NCBI GenBank assembly: GCA_943704425.1
Contig: CALSCP010001488.1
Location: forward strand, 16,938 to 80,937
From: Ministeria vibrans ATCC 50519
Lineage: Eukaryota > Protista > Filasterea
Direction of reading: 5' to 3'
DNA length: 64,000 nt
Part shown: one piece after another, positions 56,099 to 64,000 of the stretch
How positions within the stretch are numbered: the first letter of the stretch is position 1
How the letters are laid out: every line of letters starts with the position of its first letter
Notes under the pieces: model-generated
What the model saw: only the letters and a program-made list of their open reading frames with translations
Database searches by the model: none
Told to the model about the DNA's origin: nothing
Position numbers and translations under genes: made by a program

Positions 56099-57237
56099 AT
56101 GATCAGCATACTTCGCGTAAGATCGCGATCATCGCGAACCCTACGGGTTGGATCGTTTCGCTTTTCGACCGATTCCGTCTCGAGAGTTCGCAACCAAGTG
56201 CGACAGGCTCTTGAGCCTCATCGAAAGGCTGTTGAGGACCATGCAGGGTTAGCGCGCGCGGCTGCTACCGCACTATTCACCAAGGTTGGTGAAATTAGGT
56301 GACGGTCGAAAAAAAATAACAACAATAATCACTGTAGGGCGAAAAGGAGACGACTCTGGCGGTGAATTTGTGGAACAAGCTGACGGGCAAGGACAAGGTG
56401 GATGAGTGGAATGCGGTGGCAAACGAGCACCAGGACGCTTTTGAACAGACGCGGCAGACGCTGGAGAAGTTGCGAGTGGAACGCAGGAAGACGAGCAATG
56501 ACCTTGAGGCGGCTCGCCAGACGATTACGGAGCTGGCCAAGAAGCGAGACTTGACGGCGAGTGACCATGCCTATGATGCGAGCAAAAGAGAAGAGCGCGA
56601 GAGTCTAAAAAGGACGCTGGAGAAGATGGACGAGGAACTGTTGGTGTGCGAGACGAAGCTGACGGGCGTTGCGTCGCAAGCGTTTGAATCTGCACGCGAA
56701 TACTTCAAGTGTCACACCGAGTGGAGTAGCAATTTACAACAGAAGGCTACGATCATGTATTGGGCACAGCTGGGCTTGAACGCCCTTGTCTGGATTGCCG
56801 GCTACGTCCGTCAGCGTCAGATTGTCCACACAATCAAAAACATCCCCGCGTACAACGAGGGGGTTTCTCCAGCGCCAGTAGCACCAGTACGGACCGGAGA
56901 AACACCTACAACTACGACCGTCATGGAGACTGCAATGTCGGTAGAGGGCGAGTCAGAGGCAACAGCGATCGAGCCTGAGACTACAACGATCGAGCCTGAG
57001 ACGACAACGATCGAGCCAGGGCCCGAGTTGACGACGGCGACATCACTCTCCTTGTCGACTGCTAGTGCGAGCAACATAGAAGAAGAAGTGTTTGCGGCGA
57101 CAACAACAGTGCCACCGACAACGACAGAGCGACTAAAGGATGGAGTGGCGCAGCTACGACTAACCGAAGGCGTGTCGCGCGGCGAGGCATTTGCTCTCAC
57201 CCTCCTTATTGTCGTTGTTGTGTGTATGAAAACATAG
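56099..57237 (+). CDS. Mitochondrial coiled-coil membrane protein, CCDC51/She9-Mdm33-like
   Basis: Arg/Ser-rich presequence, WNKLTG...V..., coiled coil, two hydrophobic segments. Family call rests on architecture and weak similarity. Confidence 0.5.
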
Positions 57238-57243
57238 TGCTGT

Positions 57244-57615
57244 TTATCCCTTAAGATTCATTTTGGAGTCGAAGCGACCGAGGAAGCGACATAGATCGTC
57301 GAGAAGCAACTGGGGCTGTTCGAGCGCGGCAAAGTGGCCGCCACGAGGCATATCCTCGTATTGGACAATGTGGGTGTACCGGTTGGAGAGAAAAGGGCGC
57401 GGGGAGGGGAGGAGTTCACGGGGGAAAGCGGCAAGGGCGACGGGGACGTGAACAGGGCGCGCAAAGAGTGAGTCGAGGTAGGCGGGGCTCGTGAAGGACT
57501 CCTTGTAGAAGCGCATGGAGCTGCTGATGCTGTTGGTCGTCCAGTAAATCTAATAAAATAATTACATTCATTAATGATGATTGTGATGTACATGTGCGAG
57601 TTGTGTATGTATATA

Positions 57616-57666
<51 letters not shown>

Positions 57667-58912
57667 ATTTGCAGTGTGCGCATTTGTGGCGTGTGTGCAA
57701 TTACAGTGCTTTCAGTTGCAGTGTGTGCAGTTGCAGTGTGCGCATTTGTGGCGTGCGCATTTGCGCATTTGTAGTGTGTATGTGTGTTTGTGGTGCGTGT
57801 GACACATGCGAGGTAGCTGCATGTGCATTACCATAACGTTGGTAAGCATGTCGTCCATGGAGATGGTCTCCTCGAGGCGAGCAAGGCCGGCGTTGTCGGA
57901 CCATGCGAGGAACTTCTCGATGATCCATGCGGCGAGCCCGGCAGGCGAGTCGGAGAGACCTGCAGCCAGCGTGTGGGGCTTGGTCGCCTGTTCGTGCATA
58001 TAACCCGTCTGTTTGATGATTTCAAGGAACCAGCTGGACAGAGGCCAGACTTTGGCGCGCTCAGCGGGCGCGGCCAGCGCAAGCTGAAAGGGAGCCTTGA
58101 GCATGTGGGGGTGGGCTGGGAACATGTTGAGGTGGAGTCCGGCGATGCGCAAGGGCGCCAGCTGTGCCATAGCCTGGGCAATCATAGCTCCCCAGTCGCC
58201 GCCTTGCACTACATAGGGAAGGGTGTCGCCGTGAATGCGCGACATAAGCTTGAGCATCACAACGGCCGCCTCGAGCACACTGAAGCCCGCTTTGCGTGGC
58301 GCCGACGAAAACCCGTAGCCGGGCAGAGACGGCGCAATGACGGTGTAACCCTTTTCAATCATGCGTGGGAGAACGTTGTAGAACTCCAGAACGGAGCCGG
58401 GCCATCCGTGCAGGAAGAGAACGGTCGGCTTGGACGGGACGCCCTTGGCGTGAATGAAGTGCACCGAAATGCCATCGATCGTCGTGGTGAACTGGGGCAA
58501 GCTATTGAGCCGGCTCTCGTGCGTACGCCAGTGGTATTTGGAGCGCCAGTACTCGACAACGGTGGCGAGGTAGGCCGGGTCAAGACCGTACTCAGAGTCG
58601 AAGCCAGCGCCGTCGAATTCCATCGACTCGGGCGCACGGTACCGATCCAAACGCTCCTTCAGATCTTCCAACACGCTGTCTGACACAGATACCTTGAAAG
58701 GGAGGACTGAAGGCAACGGGACGGTTAATTCTTTTGCTCGAATGTGCAGTTTATGTGATACGAGAAGTGTCGGACGAAGATTTTGTGCTTCCACTCCAAT
58801 TGCGCGGCTCTTCCCACTTCACATCATCGTTCAAGGGGCTCATAGGCTTGTTTGAAATATACAAGTATATCGCAAGTCCGACGACACCTGCCGTTGCGAT
58901 TTGTCGCAACAT
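57244..58912 (-). CDS. EPHX1: Microsomal-type epoxide hydrolase
   Basis: N-terminal anchor, LHGWPGS, PSLPGYGFS, QGGDWG, DSPAGLAAWIIEKF, GGHFAALEQP. Confidence 0.95.
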
Positions 58913-59037
58913 GACGAAAAAAACTCAGAAACATCAAACATGCAATAATTTGCAACACTTGGGATAATAGAGTCTCAAATCTGAAATATATTTAATCTAA
59001 ATTCTAAACACAAAAATTCTGAAGCTGTTGACCCAAA

Positions 59038-61353
<2,316 letters not shown>

Positions 61354-61511
61354 GTATATAAAACAAAGCACACTACCCACAACACAACGAAACAAAGTGT
61401 GATAGAGAGAGGAAACAAAAGAGATAGAGAACAGAGAGAGAGAGTGGTAGACCACATCGTTGTCTTTTTCCCTTTTGGTTCTTTTTTCCTCTATCACTTT
61501 CCCTCTCTTGC

Positions 61512-61583
<72 letters not shown>

Positions 61584-62585
61584 TCACAACGACAGTTTAT
61601 TGTTGTTCGTCTTGACTCGTGACTGATTTGACCAATCTGTGTAGGTTCGCCTCGCGCGCTCTCGTGGTGGCACCCCCTTCCTTGCCAGTGTACCCCACTC
61701 AAACCTCCTGTTGCGCTTCTCTTTCTTCACATGTTTGGCTTGCTTTGCATTGTATTCCACTTTCATTTACCACTATTGCACCCTCTTTTGGGTGGCTGGA
61801 GAAAGGCAAAGAGAAACAGAGGCATTTCTTAGTGTCTTTTGTCTGTCTTGCTCTTGCTCTGTCACGTTGAAGTGCTCTCTCTCTGCAATCCGTTTGTTTT
61901 GTGAGTGAATTGTCCCATTCATACTGCGGTGCGTCTCGTTTCCTTTTTGGTATTCTTCTGCACACACATACGCCACACACATGCGCGCGCGCGTACATGT
62001 GAATTGCTGAATCACTCTCGTGGTTCGGTGGTTCATTTCGCACGGTGTACTTCTTTCGAAAAGTCTTGCTTTTTTGCCTTCCTTTCTCTGGGGTACATTT
62101 CATTAGTAATAATTATACATATTATTATTGTTATTTTGAATTGCGATTCTTCAGAGTTTGCCAGTTTTTTCAGACACATCATTTTGAGGGTCAATGTCAT
62201 TTCCCTGTCATTTCGCTTTCAAAGACGAAGACACTCGCGCCGGCAGCTCGTCTCCATCACGGTGTTGAACGGCAATGGGGGGGCGAACCGGCTGCCACGA
62301 TGCGTCATGTACATATGGTCCAATTGGAGCCAACGCGCAAGAGCAGCTCTGCTGCAACTTTCACTACCAAGCACAGTTTTTTGATTTTGCTGCACCTCTG
62401 TCAAAACAAGATATTGCCAGCCGGCAACTGTCGCGTGACGGAAGCCATTAAAATTTAAATCGATTTATTAGACTTAAGAGTAATGAGTATAGACTAAATG
62501 GCTTCAAGAAATGAAAATTAAAAGTGGCACTGACTAGAGATTAATGTTCAATTACGAGGAGTATTCATTAATTTTATTATTGATC

Positions 62586-64000
62586 ATGCTCGTTTTGCTG
62601 CTGATGCTCGCCGTCGCCAACGGCCAGGTTTCACAACCCGTATGTCTCATATGTGCCTGCGAGCCAGATCCGCTGGGAGATGGAGGGGGCACGGCTGCCC
62701 GCTGTTCGGGCATTGGGATCCAGAGTGTGACGGCGATCCGACTGACGAGCGACATTACGCTGCTCGATCTCTCGTCCAATCCCATCAGCCAGTTGCCCGC
62801 AAACGCCTTTGCGCTTGCCCCCAATCTTACTACATTAGACCTGACATCGTCCTCCGTCAGCACAGTTGACGACAGCGCCTTTGCCGGGCTCTCTCGACTG
62901 CACACGCTCGTGATGTCGCAGATGAGCCAACTTGAGACACTTTCTGCCGCGTCTCTTGCGCCCCTCGTGAATCTGGAGGTGTTGTCGCTTGCCGAGTCAT
63001 TCATGCTGCTGATACAGCCGGACCTGCTCGCCGGCAACCCGAAGTTGCGTGTTTTCGAGGGCAACGCACTCCAGAGCGCGTACTATCCGCCAGGCCTCTT
63101 CGCCGGCACTCCCCTGCTCGAGAGCGTTGTGCTTGGCGGCGCCATTGCAGCAAGCAACGAAACTACCTTGGACGGCGTCTTTAGCGGCTTAGCACACCTT
63201 CGCGAGATCGTGTGGTACTATCCGCTCGTCGTGAACCTCTCTCGCTCTGCGTTTGAAGGACTTGCCTCCCTCGAAACACTCGCGTTTGACGGTCTCTATG
63301 TCAAAAACACCGCTCACCTCGACGCCTTTGCTCCGCTCAACGCCACACTCAAGCACCTGACCCTCAATTCGTCCTTCATTAACGGGTTCAATGGGTTTGA
63401 CATGCGAATTCTCGAGCCACTCCCACATCTGCAAAGTAATGTTATTCTTATTATTTTGATTGCCTTGCATTTACAAAACTTGTCAAATTGATACGTCTTA
63501 TTATTATTATTATAATAATTAATAATTATTATTATTATAATATTATTTTTTGTGTGTTATTATTGTTGTTGTTATTATTATTATTATTAATTTTATTTTC
63601 TGTAGCGCTGAGTCTTCAAGTGCAACGACTGCAACCAGCCACACAAGAACACCGACTGTGTCAAGGCAACACACTCCTCACACACCTTGCTTTGTCCTAT
63701 GGCGCTACCTCCACCCTACTTGACTTTGCCAGCATCTTCCCGCCCAGTCTTCCTTTCCTCTCCTTCCTCTCCATCTCCGACTCCCCCATCGTCCCACCCC
63801 TCAACGTCTCCTTTGCCCCCGCTCTGCGCACCCTCCTACTCACCTCCCTCAACAGCCCCTTTACCCTGCAAAACAACACCTTTCCCACCCCCTTCTCATC
63901 TCTTACCACCCTCTCCTTTAACAACCTCCTTCAGGTCACAATTGCCCCCAACACCTCCTTCACGACCCTCCCCGCCCTCACCATCCTATCTATCACAGAG
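62586..64000 (+). CDS. Extracellular leucine-rich-repeat protein (runs off the window)
   Basis: Signal peptide, Cys cap C..C.C...C, repeats LDLSSNPISQLPANAF..L. Alternative ATG at 62544. Confidence 0.88.

Overview
Gene-dense (about 1 gene per 2 kb), intron-rich eukaryotic nuclear DNA from a draft assembly with 3 N-gaps. Introns are short GT-AG introns, often filled with (TC)n, (CA)n or (TTA)n microsatellites. I spliced about 33 genes by eye: TACC (3' end), a bacterial-type PLP-fold protein, CAPZB, a GtrA-like fragment, a DYRK kinase, a WD40 protein, TMEM72-like, STRAD pseudokinase, NUP88, a secreted alkaline-phosphatase-superfamily enzyme, PRADC1, an ankyrin protein, FYCO1-like, DUF1499, C2orf76, ERGIC2, DNAAF4, EEA1, a secreted CHRD protein, NDUFA13, ETFDH, KIF3B, SRP9, tektin, RPS6KC1-like, CCDC51/She9-like, an epoxide hydrolase, UGP2, an extracellular LRR protein and several orphans. 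Gene content suggests (inference) a flagellated unicellular holozoan. The most interesting unexplained signal is a ~470-nt, extensively base-paired, U-tract-terminated element that fills intron 1 of the ankyrin gene and that I cannot assign to a known ncRNA family. Other oddities: a start codon split by an intron, an 8-nt microexon, a dispersed TATCACTTTG motif in TC tracts, and two probable mis-joins at microsatellites. Family assignments come from remembered motifs, not database searches; all RNA pairings were found by eye.
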